58,165 nucleotides of DNA. It comes from a virus (Duplodnaviria; Caudoviricetes). Location: positions 1-58,165 of the IMG/VR virus record IMGVR_UViG_3300031669_000034; one strand, written 5' to 3'. Under the pieces are notes generated by a model, which worked only from the letters and a program-made list of their open reading frames with translations, searched no databases and was not told the origin of the DNA. A program made the position numbers and the translations under genes. This document shows, piece by piece, positions 28,572 through 39,300 of this stretch; the first letter of the stretch is position 1; every line of letters begins with the position of its first letter.

Positions 28572-29315
28572 ATGAATGAAAACCTATCCGAAATGGTAAA
28601 AGATGCAACAACCGAACCAAACCCAGCTATATTCTCTGAGGCCGATCTCGATTTGCCAACTGATGATATTCAAGAGGTAGCAACTGTTGAGGCAAGCCCA
28701 GCGATTCCCATTACATCGTTATCAAGCTGGTTTGAGGAAAATGCTTCACGGTTTAGTAACATCAACCAGGTTAAAGTTGCAATTCGTGGTGTTGATGCAG
28801 CTAAGACATTAATCATGGCAGTAGCAGATGATTCAGAAGAAGCTGATGGTGAAGGTAACGAGAAAAGAAATCTGCGGGTATATGAGAATGCTGATACCCA
28901 TCCAGTTCTTGATCTTACTCCGGAAACCATGGATGTTTATAGCAACGGTTTCAGAATTCTGTATAATTATGGAGAAGGCGTATCTATCAAATGTTATGGA
29001 ATTCGAACCGGTCTCATTGCTGTATTCTGTAATGTAATTGAAGGAAGCATGATTCCATATGCAATTACACGAGTTAAAAGAAAAGACGATGAGATTGAAG
29101 TTGTATCAAGAGATGCCGCAGAAGTGTCAGCAAAACTAGCTGCCGCAGTTGATGGAGAATCTTTACAACTGAGATATAAACAATCAGCGAAAGCTGTTGC
29201 TGATTTCACAACGAATAAAAGTGCTATTGACTGGTTATTGGCTCGACAAGTTGAGATTACAGATATTAATCATCATCTTCAGATCGACAACATTATCATC
29301 GACACTTTAGCGTAA
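28572..29315 (+). CDS. Acidic hypothetical protein
   Basis: 247-aa ORF; AAGGAG upstream. Confidence 0.7.
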   Translation: MNENLSEMVKDATTEPNPAIFSEADLDLPTDDIQEVATVEASPAIPITSLSSWFEENASRFSNINQVKVAIRGVDAAKTLIMAVADDSEEADGEGNEKRNLRVYENADTHPVLDLTPETMDVYSNGFRILYNYGEGVSIKCYGIRTGLIAVFCNVIEGSMIPYAITRVKRKDDEIEVVSRDAAEVSAKLAAAVDGESLQLRYKQSAKAVADFTTNKSAIDWLLARQVEITDINHHLQIDNIIIDTLA

Positions 29316-29329
29316 GGTAATAAAGGACT

Positions 29330-29471
29330 TGGGCGGGTAACATGCGGAGAAGAAATCAAAACACCAGAGCCGATACCAGTTGGTGCGACCGACTCTCATT
29401 TATGAGATGGAGCTTAAACCTCACTGGCCAATTCGGACTAAAATATAAATTTTCTCTCCCGGTCCCGCCCA
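29330..29471. ncRNA. Candidate structured RNA: long rod with central A-rich bubble (6S-like)
   Basis: Nested complementary segments TGGGCGGG/CCCGCCCA, GGAGAAGAAAT/ATTTTCTCTCC, CCGA/TCGG, CCAGT/ACTGG, TCTCAT/ATGAGA; GC-richer than its surroundings. Confidence 0.45.
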
Positions 29472-29481
29472 TTTCACTTAT

Positions 29482-30210
29482 ATGAAACTAAATGAAAATG
29501 TAAAACTAGTCCTAAAAGACGTTTATCTATATGACATTGAAGCGTGTCATTATACTATAATGGAGAAGCTTGGGTTGGATGTGAGCACATTAGATAGAAA
29601 TGATAAGTCTCAAAGAAATATTGAAATTGGAAAAATGATGAGAAAGAATCCTCAACTAACTTCTCTATTACGAAATACAACCAAAACAATTATTGACGAA
29701 TATTTAATGAAAAATAATGTCACTGAAGATGACATTTTGATCAGACAATACGATGGTATTTTAACGACCAAAATTCTTAGAGTTACAAACATCCAACATA
29801 TTCCATTTGAAATGAGAAAAAGATATTTAACTTTTATCATATCAATTGATAGAGGAAAATATATTGCTCAGCAAGCAATGGACGGCGGAATAACAATAAA
29901 AGGTATACCATTTCGTTATCCTCAAATGGATTTGATCTATAGAAAAATATGTGGAATTAATTTTGCAAATAAGAGTCGAATATTTATCCAGCTACAAAAA
30001 ATAAAAGACGATTTTTTAAATTCTAACAACCCATACTTATTTGGAGTCCCGACTAAAAAAGGATTCAATGTTTATTTGAAAGGGTATGGTGAACTTGAAG
30101 TAACTGAGAGCACAGTCAAGTTAATGGATACGGATGATATTGACAAAGAAAGATACTTCAAGTTTTATATCGAACCGTTTACAAAAAGCATAACAGTAGA
30201 GTTTGTATAA
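29482..30210 (+). CDS. Short DNA polymerase palm-like protein (divergent family B-like)
   Basis: YLYDIEACHYTI (motif A-like) and IRQYDGIL (motif C-like), IKG, C-terminal DIDKERYF. Confidence 0.5.
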   Translation: MKLNENVKLVLKDVYLYDIEACHYTIMEKLGLDVSTLDRNDKSQRNIEIGKMMRKNPQLTSLLRNTTKTIIDEYLMKNNVTEDDILIRQYDGILTTKILRVTNIQHIPFEMRKRYLTFIISIDRGKYIAQQAMDGGITIKGIPFRYPQMDLIYRKICGINFANKSRIFIQLQKIKDDFLNSNNPYLFGVPTKKGFNVYLKGYGELEVTESTVKLMDTDDIDKERYFKFYIEPFTKSITVEFV

Positions 30211-30218
30211 GGAGAAAT

Positions 30219-30809
30219 ATGGAAGAGCAAATATTAAACATCGCAGGAGGAAAGATTCCACCTCTTGATATAGAAAAACCCTATTTCATTGTTAATGTGG
30301 ATACAATGTACTATCGTAATGAAGAACCGGCATGGGTGGAAGAGCAATGGTCAGAATGGAGAAGATCCTCTACAAAATATACACAAATCATGAATGTAAA
30401 ATCGGATGTATTTGAGTTTATGGAACGAACTTATATGACATTTGATAGAATTTGTATCTATAGATTTCTTGAACACGTATCATTTACGAATCTCTTGTAT
30501 TTCATTTATTTGGTATCGACTGTTACAGAGAAAGATGATATTGTTGATATTATCGTACCAAACTATCAGACTCTTGCAAAACTACTTCTTAATGAATCTG
30601 TATTGAATCCAACTTTTGAAAGAGATAATATTTTGTTGACAACAGAGCTTTTAAATGAACCATCATGCCCACACGCATCCATTTGGACCCCAGATAGAGC
30701 TTTTCACTTTTGGGAAATGGAGGGAAGGTTTAAAATTGAAGAGGTGTTCCCTAAGTTTAACTTTGATGGGCGGGATATTTATATGAGGTTTAAAGCAAGA
30801 AGGAGGTAA
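30219..30809 (+). CDS. Class I SAM-dependent methyltransferase-like protein
   Basis: ILNIAGG, NVD, FDRICIYRFLEHV, IIVPN pattern. Confidence 0.6.
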   Translation: MEEQILNIAGGKIPPLDIEKPYFIVNVDTMYYRNEEPAWVEEQWSEWRRSSTKYTQIMNVKSDVFEFMERTYMTFDRICIYRFLEHVSFTNLLYFIYLVSTVTEKDDIVDIIVPNYQTLAKLLLNESVLNPTFERDNILLTTELLNEPSCPHASIWTPDRAFHFWEMEGRFKIEEVFPKFNFDGRDIYMRFKARRR

Positions 30810-30812
30810 AAA

Positions 30813-31727
30813 GTGACACCATTTAGTGAACGTGCAGCTCAAATGGGTCTTGATGTAAGTGGCGCTTTTAAAGGGTTGTTTACTTATCAAGACCGGTATT
30901 GCGAATTAGCGTATAGACAACTATCACCTCAAGCAACTTACGGTGATGGAGAAAATCCAGATCATCCAACTGATATTATGGTATCTCCGCTACTTGCAAT
31001 CTATACAAAAGGACCAGATGCTTTAGGTTATCAGTATTGTGGTTACGTATCAAATATGTATAAATTTGTTGGGAATGATGCTCTAAATGAAAGAATAAGA
31101 TCTTCAGTAATAGCAGTCGGGTTACCTGTCCTTAGAGAAGCAGCATTATTTTCATTGGATTACACTCGAATGAGAAATGAAATTGTCATTCATAGCAGTA
31201 AACAGGCAATAGAAGGTGGGGATGTTATGCCTGTTATGATTGTCAATAATAGTTACAATGGTACAAGAGCAGCTTCTTTAGCTTTTGGTATTGCAACTTC
31301 ATATGGAGATGAAAGACTTACTTTCTCATTCAGTCTTGGTGAAATTAGACAGGTTCATATCGAAACAGCTACCACAAGTCTTGCTACCGCAGTATCAACA
31401 TATATGGAAGTATTCTCAGGAGACATACTTGATATGATATCCGGAAGCTTTCAAAAGCAAGTTGGGGAAGACGAAATGATGACTCTACTTGAACTCCTTA
31501 ACGAAACATTCGGAAAAAGAAGAGCTGAAAGAATCTCTGAGTTAATAGGGGATGTTAAAGGAACACAACAAAAACCAACTGCCTGGCAAGTCTTTTTAGC
31601 AATTATTAGATATACGAGTTTTGAACCAAACTTGAATATCAAACGGATGATGGAAAATATTGCAGAAAGCGTTCTTATCATACCAGCCCGTATGCATGGA
31701 GTTTTGAAACGATTAGAAGTTGATTAG
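30813..31727 (+). CDS. DUF932-like phage protein
   Basis: GTG start after AGGAGG; YKFVGN and MIVNNSYNGT resemble the DUF932 NSHDG motif. Confidence 0.45.
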   Translation: MTPFSERAAQMGLDVSGAFKGLFTYQDRYCELAYRQLSPQATYGDGENPDHPTDIMVSPLLAIYTKGPDALGYQYCGYVSNMYKFVGNDALNERIRSSVIAVGLPVLREAALFSLDYTRMRNEIVIHSSKQAIEGGDVMPVMIVNNSYNGTRAASLAFGIATSYGDERLTFSFSLGEIRQVHIETATTSLATAVSTYMEVFSGDILDMISGSFQKQVGEDEMMTLLELLNETFGKRRAERISELIGDVKGTQQKPTAWQVFLAIIRYTSFEPNLNIKRMMENIAESVLIIPARMHGVLKRLEVD

Positions 31728-31774
31728 TTTGCGTCTGTAAATGCCAACGATCGTGATCGATCCATGACGCAAGA

Positions 31775-31814
31775 GAGTGGGGGAGTTCTGGCTGTCTTCC
31801 CCACTCATTTTTTT
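31775..31814 (+). terminator. Rho-independent terminator ending the replication/transcription block
   Basis: GAGTGGGGGAG...CTTCCCCACTC followed by ATTTTTTT. Confidence 0.8.
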
Positions 31815-31828
31815 GCGCAAAAAAAATG

Positions 31829-31842
31829 GAACAAACTATAAA
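31829..31842 (+). promoter_or_regulatory. Candidate late promoter motif GAACAAACTATAAA
   Basis: Matches the GAACAAAATATAAA motif seen upstream of other morphogenesis units. Confidence 0.5.
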
Positions 31843-31861
31843 AAAAGAGGATATCAATCTA

Positions 31862-33733
31862 ATGCCAGAAGAATTTAAATCGCCTGTTGAAGGTGCTAAA
31901 TTTATACCTGCAGAAACTTATGAAATAAGAGTAGCAATAGGGGAACTCGACTATACGTCAGATTTAATATCAGCAAATTTTAAATCATCATTGAGTACCG
32001 GATATCAGACTATGAATCTCGCGTTTGAATTAGATCCGACTGATGTTATTCTCTATGAGCTATATGGTGGTCAAGAGATAAAAGTGGCCATTATTCTAAA
32101 AAGAGAAACTGCCGAAATGGGTCAAAGGATCGATTTAGATTTAATTCTTATAACATCTAATTTTCTACTAAATGAAAAACAAACAGAGGCAAGCACTAAA
32201 CAAAAAGATAGAGGAATACTCTCAGTAAGAACTGTTGTCCGCCCAGCGTATCAAATAATTAATAGTTTAGTTAATGCAGTTTTTATCGGTAAAGATCTCA
32301 ATTCAATAATTACTTCATTGGCAACTTCTGTTGGCGCCAAAAAACTTGTTTTTGATTCAGATGGAAGAAACAATTCTCCTATTGATCAAGTATGTATTCC
32401 TCCGACTACCTTCTATAAAATTATTAAAGAATATGATAGAAATAATCCAGAAGTATTTGATGGTTTTCTTGATCAAAGGTTTGGATTGTTTGATGGAGTT
32501 CCTGGAGTGTTTTGCCAATTCGATAAAACAGTCTATATAAAAAATTTAACTTCTAAGATGAATAAAAGTCCTGTCTTTACAATCTATCAAATGGCCACAG
32601 ATACTGAAGTGAAAAGAATGGAAGAAATTATTAAGAAATCAACTGATGGGAAAACATTCTATACTTACGATACAATCCATACGGACTATTCTGCTAATGC
32701 TAAATTTGCTTCTTTGGGATCAAATATAAATCATGTTATTAAACCAAAAGATACATTATCAGCAATTTTTAATCAAAATTTAGAAACTGTTGCTGGAACA
32801 TATGGATTGATATATCAAAATAAAAAGATATTCAAAAATTCTGCGATTGATCGTAAAAAATATTACAATGAAGATACAGGAAATGAAACTGAGCAAACTA
32901 TTTTTAATTCACGATTTGCGAGGCAGGTGGCAGATCTATCTACAATATCTATAAATTTAGAGCGAAACTTACCAGTGCTTGACTTAATTCAAGTGGGGGA
33001 GTGTGTTGATTTTAAACCACTTATAGTTGATTATCTGAATTTATCAGGAAAGTATATCCTTTGGAGTGTGGATATAATGTTTACAAGACCAAGTACATGG
33101 GAAACTGTTGCATCGATAAATTTAATCAGAACTAATAAAATATCTGGCCAAGAAGTAAAATCATACCAGCAAGCTACTGCTGATCCGATTACATTAAACG
33201 AAATTGATAAAGGGCAAACTTTAAATACAGCTTTAGCATCTCCTGCAGCACCTGCTAAGAAAGATGTAAACTGGGGGCATGTAGAAAGATTAACTAATCA
33301 AATCAACAAACTTCAAAAATATATAAATAAAAATTGTGGTGGCGTAATTGAAACATTAAGTTTATCTGTTAGGACCACTTGTCGTTTGTGGGGAAATGAT
33401 CTAGATGCTGCTAAAGTTGCCCGAGCAACAGAAATGGGAACAACTCAATCTGATGCTGAAGCAATTCTTGAGGAACGGAAAAAAGCTAGAGTCAATAATC
33501 TAATAGATTCAATAAAGGTTGCAGAAAACAAACAACCTAATGTTAAACCATTTCAGGAAAAATCAAAAGAAGAAATTGGTAAGATATCTAAAAATCAACA
33601 AACAATAGATAAAATACAAAATAAACTTTCACAGTGTGAAATACAACCAAACTCAAGAGGGTGTTCCAAACTTCAAATAGCAGTAATGAAAGAAAAACTT
33701 CATCAATTAATAGCAGAAGAAAGGGGTCGATAA
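31862..33733 (+). CDS. Probable virion structural protein (baseplate hub/tail-associated) with helical C-terminal extension
   Basis: First gene of the late block; VGECVDF...LSGKYILWSV..F resembles the hub-protein C-terminal barrel; start re-assigned to ATG 31862. Confidence 0.45.
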   Translation: MPEEFKSPVEGAKFIPAETYEIRVAIGELDYTSDLISANFKSSLSTGYQTMNLAFELDPTDVILYELYGGQEIKVAIILKRETAEMGQRIDLDLILITSNFLLNEKQTEASTKQKDRGILSVRTVVRPAYQIINSLVNAVFIGKDLNSIITSLATSVGAKKLVFDSDGRNNSPIDQVCIPPTTFYKIIKEYDRNNPEVFDGFLDQRFGLFDGVPGVFCQFDKTVYIKNLTSKMNKSPVFTIYQMATDTEVKRMEEIIKKSTDGKTFYTYDTIHTDYSANAKFASLGSNINHVIKPKDTLSAIFNQNLETVAGTYGLIYQNKKIFKNSAIDRKKYYNEDTGNETEQTIFNSRFARQVADLSTISINLERNLPVLDLIQVGECVDFKPLIVDYLNLSGKYILWSVDIMFTRPSTWETVASINLIRTNKISGQEVKSYQQATADPITLNEIDKGQTLNTALASPAAPAKKDVNWGHVERLTNQINKLQKYINKNCGGVIETLSLSVRTTCRLWGNDLDAAKVARATEMGTTQSDAEAILEERKKARVNNLIDSIKVAENKQPNVKPFQEKSKEEIGKISKNQQTIDKIQNKLSQCEIQPNSRGCSKLQIAVMKEKLHQLIAEERGR

Positions 33734-33743
33734 CTATTTTTTA

Positions 33744-33757
33744 GAACAAAAATTAAA
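33744..33757 (+). promoter_or_regulatory. Candidate late promoter motif GAACAAAAATTAAA
   Basis: Directly upstream of the terminase RBS. Confidence 0.5.
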
Positions 33758-33767
33758 GGAGTAGTTT

Positions 33768-35429
33768 ATGGAAGAAGTTATCGTTACAAAAGATGATGAA
33801 ATACAAGTTATAGCTGACGAGTATGTTTCCGAATATTTGAAATGTAAAAACGCTTTTGAATATTTCTGTGAAAACTACATCTTAATTGAAGTACCGGGGC
33901 AGGATACTCTTTTAAAACCATATAAAAAACAAAAAGAGTTAATACATCTAGTTGAAGAAAAACGTTATGTCTTGGTATTAAAAAGCCGTCAGATAGGTAT
34001 TTCTACGATTATTCAGGCATACGCCGCCTGGTTAGCAGTCTTTTTCGATAACGCAGTAATTGGTATTATTTCTAAGGATGGAAAAGAAGCTACCGACTTT
34101 GCAAGAGCAATTAGAGGAATGGTTGAAAAACTGCCTGACTGGATGAAACCTCCAAAAGGTCCTCTCGGAAAAGGTTTTGCAAAAAGAACAGAGCAATCAT
34201 TCATTCTTACAAATGGAAGCAAAGTATATGCTTCGCCTGTTAATCCAAATGCTCCTGATAAAACGCTTCGTGGTAAAGCAATAACATTTTTAGTAATCGA
34301 CGAAGCAGCATTCGTTCATCATGTTGATACAGCTTGGACTTCAATGGTTCCTGCTTTATCAACAAATCAGATGCAAGCCAAAAAAGCTGGAGTACCATTT
34401 GGAACAGTTGTACTTTCAACTCCAAATAAAACAATGGGAGTTGGTCAATGGTATTTTAATAGATATACAAAATCTATTTCTAGAGATGATATTTTTGAAC
34501 CATTTGTAATTCATTGGAAAATGATTCCTGAACTTGCCGATGATCCTGATTGGTATAAAACTCAGTGTAGATTGTTTGATAATGATCAAAGAAAGATTGC
34601 ACAGGAACTCGAGTTAAAATTTTTACCATCAGAAGGATCATTCTTTGAAAGTGATACTGTAGAAAAAGTTCAAAACGCAGTTAAAATACCAATGGAAAAA
34701 ATGAGGATCTTTAATGGAGAACTTTGGAAATTTTCCAATACATTACCTAATAGATATTATATAATGGGAGTTGATACTGCACCCGAACACGGAGAAGATA
34801 AATCTGCCATTACCGTTTGGGATTATGAAACTATGGAGCAGGTTGCTGAATATCAAGGAAAATGCAAAGTTTTGGATTTTGTAAAAGTTGTAAAAGTTTT
34901 AGCATCACAATATCCGGGTTTAATTATTGTTGAATCAAACTCATATGGAAACCAAGTAGTTGAGCAATTATATGCTAGTGAATTTTCGACTATGATATAT
35001 AAAGAAAAACGAGGGCAACAAACATTGTTACCCGGTTTAGCAACAACTTCAAAAACAAGACCATTAATGATTGATGCTCTATATTCATATATTACTCAGT
35101 TCCCGGAAATTATAAAATCAGAAAGACTTGCCCTTGAAATAGCCGGATTAGTGTCAAAACCAAATGGGCGAGTTGAAGCAGATATTGGATGTCATGATGA
35201 CTTAGTACTTGCTTCATCTTGTGTTATGTATGTTAGAAAATATGACCCGCCAATGTTAGTTGGTACTGCAGAATTCTCTTCAATTCAATCTGAAATTACA
35301 GAAGCTTTGAAGAAAAACCTTTCTGTGACAGGAGAACTGACCAATGAATCCATAATGAGAACTGTTAAAGATAATATTAAAGACATGGGGGGTTTTATAG
35401 ATACTTTAACTATGTTTGAAAGAAGATAA
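33768..35429 (+). CDS. terL: Terminase large subunit (T4 gp17-like)
   Basis: LKSRQIGIST, LRG, LVIDEAAF, STPN, AQE, MGVDTA, VESN, HDDLVLA. Confidence 0.93.
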   Translation: MEEVIVTKDDEIQVIADEYVSEYLKCKNAFEYFCENYILIEVPGQDTLLKPYKKQKELIHLVEEKRYVLVLKSRQIGISTIIQAYAAWLAVFFDNAVIGIISKDGKEATDFARAIRGMVEKLPDWMKPPKGPLGKGFAKRTEQSFILTNGSKVYASPVNPNAPDKTLRGKAITFLVIDEAAFVHHVDTAWTSMVPALSTNQMQAKKAGVPFGTVVLSTPNKTMGVGQWYFNRYTKSISRDDIFEPFVIHWKMIPELADDPDWYKTQCRLFDNDQRKIAQELELKFLPSEGSFFESDTVEKVQNAVKIPMEKMRIFNGELWKFSNTLPNRYYIMGVDTAPEHGEDKSAITVWDYETMEQVAEYQGKCKVLDFVKVVKVLASQYPGLIIVESNSYGNQVVEQLYASEFSTMIYKEKRGQQTLLPGLATTSKTRPLMIDALYSYITQFPEIIKSERLALEIAGLVSKPNGRVEADIGCHDDLVLASSCVMYVRKYDPPMLVGTAEFSSIQSEITEALKKNLSVTGELTNESIMRTVKDNIKDMGGFIDTLTMFERR

Positions 35430-35441
35430 GGAGACAAAATA

Positions 35442-36374
35442 ATGTCTGAGTTAGATCTATTGTTAGAAGATTTTGTATGGGGAGAGGATCAATTAAACGA
35501 AGTGTTTGCTTCTCCGTTTGGTCTAAAACCTGTTGTAAAAATTGATGGAGCGCCGTTATACGGATCAGATAGCTTAAATGAAAGTTATCTTAAAGCAATA
35601 GAAAAATCTGGTCGTACAAGTCCAGCCGCTTTAAAATTTAGAGGACTAGTTGAAAAGAAACGAATAGTTCCTTGTTTTTTAACTAAAGGTGTTCTTCAGT
35701 TTGTTGCATGGAAAGTATTCGCCCCAGTCCATATGCAATCTATTATGGGATTTTATGATCCAACAAAAACAAAAAGAGTTTATATTCTAATTCAAAACAA
35801 TTCTAATATTTTCTCTTTTGTATCTAATGATTTTTTAGCAAGGTTGACAATTCATGAACTAATGCATATGTTGGCAGATCTGAAGACAAGTCTATTTATG
35901 AATATGTTTAGTAGTGAGCTGGCGGCATATTATAAAACTTTTTTTCAGATGGTTTTCTCAATTAATGATTTAGATACTGGAAGAGTTGATAGAATCTTAA
36001 AGTTCATATTTATGGATATTGAAAGAAGATCCGAAAAATTAACCAATGGTACATTAAATAAATATTCTGATCTTTTGAAAAAAGAACTTTCAGAAGTATC
36101 GTCTCTAACACCACTTAAATTTGATGAGATGTTACTAGATTACTTTACAATTATAAAACTTTATCTAACAAATGTTGCTAAATTTTTTGCATCTCGTGAT
36201 AAGTTTAAACATATTTTAATACCTCTTTATTTATCATATAGAAATACATTTAATATGAAAAACTTAACCACAGTATGTATTCAAGAACTCATATTTCCAT
36301 CAGAAGTTATTTGTATTCTGTCGGAAGAGATGAGATATGGAAAGAAAGCTTTAATAGGAGCTGGAAAGCTCTAA
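35442..36374 (+). CDS. Putative zincin-like metallopeptidase (HExxH)
   Basis: IMGFYDP...LTIHELMH. Confidence 0.45.
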   Translation: MSELDLLLEDFVWGEDQLNEVFASPFGLKPVVKIDGAPLYGSDSLNESYLKAIEKSGRTSPAALKFRGLVEKKRIVPCFLTKGVLQFVAWKVFAPVHMQSIMGFYDPTKTKRVYILIQNNSNIFSFVSNDFLARLTIHELMHMLADLKTSLFMNMFSSELAAYYKTFFQMVFSINDLDTGRVDRILKFIFMDIERRSEKLTNGTLNKYSDLLKKELSEVSSLTPLKFDEMLLDYFTIIKLYLTNVAKFFASRDKFKHILIPLYLSYRNTFNMKNLTTVCIQELIFPSEVICILSEEMRYGKKALIGAGKL

Positions 36375-36387
36375 GGAGATTTAATCT

Positions 36388-39300
36388 ATGCCTGACCCTA
36401 AATTGCCACGAGGTACTGATTTACTGATGAAACAGTCTAAAGAAACTGCCTCGGATAGAGCAAAGAGGATAAACTCACTACATACACACGTCGATAAAGT
36501 TATAACCGCCCGAAATCGAGAAAACTTACAACTTTCAAAAGAGACGGATTCGTTGGGGCATCAGAGAGAAATATTAAGACGTGAGTTAAATTATGCTCGT
36601 TCGGACATCTCCAATGAACTATCTAAAGATTATAATAAAGTTGTTAAAAGTCTTGGCTCTACCATTCAACAGATGTCTATTGGTATGAAAAACATTAGTA
36701 TATCAACAGCTAGAGCTACTACAAATGCTATTTCACAATATGGAAAAGCAATTGGGCAAGATATAAACATTAATAAAACAAATACTGTTGTGATGGCGCT
36801 CGCTCAGGCAACTCCGTTGTTTGGATATTTTGCTGCTAAGTTTATGGAGACAGATGTATTCCAAAATGCAGCAAAAAGAATTAAAGACAAAATAGGTGGT
36901 GCGATGGTTGCCGGTATGGCAATGGCCGGCAGAAAAATATCAGGAATGTTTGGCAGAGACACTCCACATGAAAAAATGGCAAAAAGGGAAAGAGAAATTG
37001 GAGCTATTTCATCTGAAATTTCCTCTCTTAAAAAAGAAATTCAAGGCAGTGTTCCAAAGATGGCGGCAGGCGGGTACGTTAAAAAGGGCGGTGTAGTTCA
37101 AGTTCATGCTGGAGAAGTAGTAGCACCGATTGGTTCTATAGTAAAAGAAATAATGTCAAATATGACTGATTCTAAACAACGAGCATGGCAAGACCAAATG
37201 CTGAAAGCTCTGACTGATTTAAAGCTCGTGCAAATCGGAACTAGTTCTAGATTACGACTTGGATTACAACGAACAATTATGGAAAACCCAGCAATGAGAG
37301 GAATGCTAATGTTTGCTGAGGGATTCAAGACTGTGCTTGGAGCTCCAATAAAGTGGTTATTTGGTGCTAGAGGTGGATACTTATCAGATGTAAAACGAGC
37401 AACTTCTACAAGTAATGTATTCTTAAAAGTAGCAAACCTTCTTGGTGTCCTCTATACAACAGCAATGCCCAAACTAGATGCTATAGCTAAATATACAAGA
37501 GTATCTGCAACAGTGGCTGCTGGTTATGAACCTTCGCCCCCTATGATGGATAAATATACAATGTTCCAAAAAGTGAAGGGAATTTTAAAAGGTAAGGGAA
37601 AGGGAAAAGGATTAAAAGGAAAAGGTATGGACACCATCTTGAGAATGGTTGGTGTCTCTGATGATGAAATAGCTGAATTTAGAAAAGAAGGCGGATTGAA
37701 AGGAATGTTTGGTTTAGCCAAACAGGGCGCAGAAGCTGCTAAACCTTCATTGGAAAAAGGGGTAGGGGTAGGAAAAGGAATGGCTGGTGATGCCGCCGAA
37801 ACAACTTCCTCATACTTTAAGCAAATGACCGAGTATCTTAAAGACCTTACAAAAATGAAAGGCGACCAAGAAGAAAGAGAGAAACCACATTCTCCAAGTT
37901 GGGTTGAATATATAGGACAGACGTTTCATACGACCAAAGAAAGAGTTAAACAGGGAGTTATACAACTTGGTCTTGCTGAAACAGCAAAGAAACATGTAGA
38001 TTCTGCAACGAAATATGCGAAAAAACATTATGAAAGAGCAAAGAACAGAGGTGAGAAACAATTTGAAGAAATAAAGAAAAATAGAAAAGCAAATGAACAG
38101 CAAACTAGTTTCTTAGGACGAATGGCAAAACGAGCGAAAGGAATGAAAGATTGGATCTGGAAAATTGCCATGTTTGCCTTTACTATGTTTCAAAATGCGA
38201 TTAGTATGGGGGTTAGAATGTTAGGATGGCTTCTAGCTCCTATTTTAACTCAACTTGGAATAAGGGGTCTATTTCAAAAAGGTGGACCGGGATTTATATC
38301 TCATGCTGGTAAAGGAGTTAAAGCATTAGGAGGAAAAGCTAAACAAGCTGGAAAATTTGCTGGTAAGACAGGACGAGTTGCTAGAATGGCAGGCCCAAAA
38401 GCTGCTGGTAAATTTGCAGCAAAGGGTGTTGGTAGAGCTGCTAAAAGTGGAGGCAAATTTGTTGGAAAACTTGGCCTTAATGCAGCAAAAGTTGGAGGAA
38501 AAGCTGTGATCGGACTTGGCGCAGCTATTTCCGTAGGCGAGATGGGATGGGATGCATATAGCGTAATGCGAGATCCACAAGGTTTTGCCGGAGATACGAT
38601 TACTAGAGGATTTTCTGCATTTATAGGAGGCAGAGACTCTGGAGCTTCTGGTGCACTTAGTGGAGCTATGAAAGGCGGTTCTATTGGAGCAATAGCTGGC
38701 TCATTTATTCCTATTCCTATTGTTGGTAGCATGATTGGGGGTGCGATTGGAGCTCTGGCAGGTGGTATCCTTGGTTTTATTGGTGGCAAGAGGATTTCTA
38801 AAGCACTTGATTTTGTAGTTGCACCAATTAAGAAATTGGGTAAAGCTATTTGGAGGATAGTAACATTTCCATTTAAGATGATAGGAGAAGTAGTCAAGTT
38901 CTTTAAAAGATTTGTAACAGAAACAGAAACAGGTAAAAAGATATGGAAAAAAGTTAAATTTTGGGCGCCTAAAGTAATGTTGCCACCATTAATGATGATA
39001 TGGGCACTTAAAAAAGCAGTAGGACTAATAAAGACTGGAACATCAAAAATATGGGATAAAATCAAAGATACCTTCGTAGGAAAAGCTCTAACAGCTATTT
39101 GGGATGTGGTATCATGGCCAACACGAAAACTTATAAAACTCGCCGGATGGATTGGAGGTAAATTTGCAGAAGTTTGGGATACCCTAAAAGCCGGTTTTAT
39201 GAAACTTGTTGGTATGTTTCAAGCAATTCCACAAGCATTAAAAGATTTTAATGACTGGATTTATAAAAAAATACTTGGTATTCCATTCATTGGAAAGTTT

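Noticed and set aside
38301-39065. 254-aa antisense ORF and the many other short overlapping ORFs in the track
   Set aside because: Shadow frames of long genes with clear motifs (here the Gly/Ala-rich tape measure); no RBS or recognisable motifs
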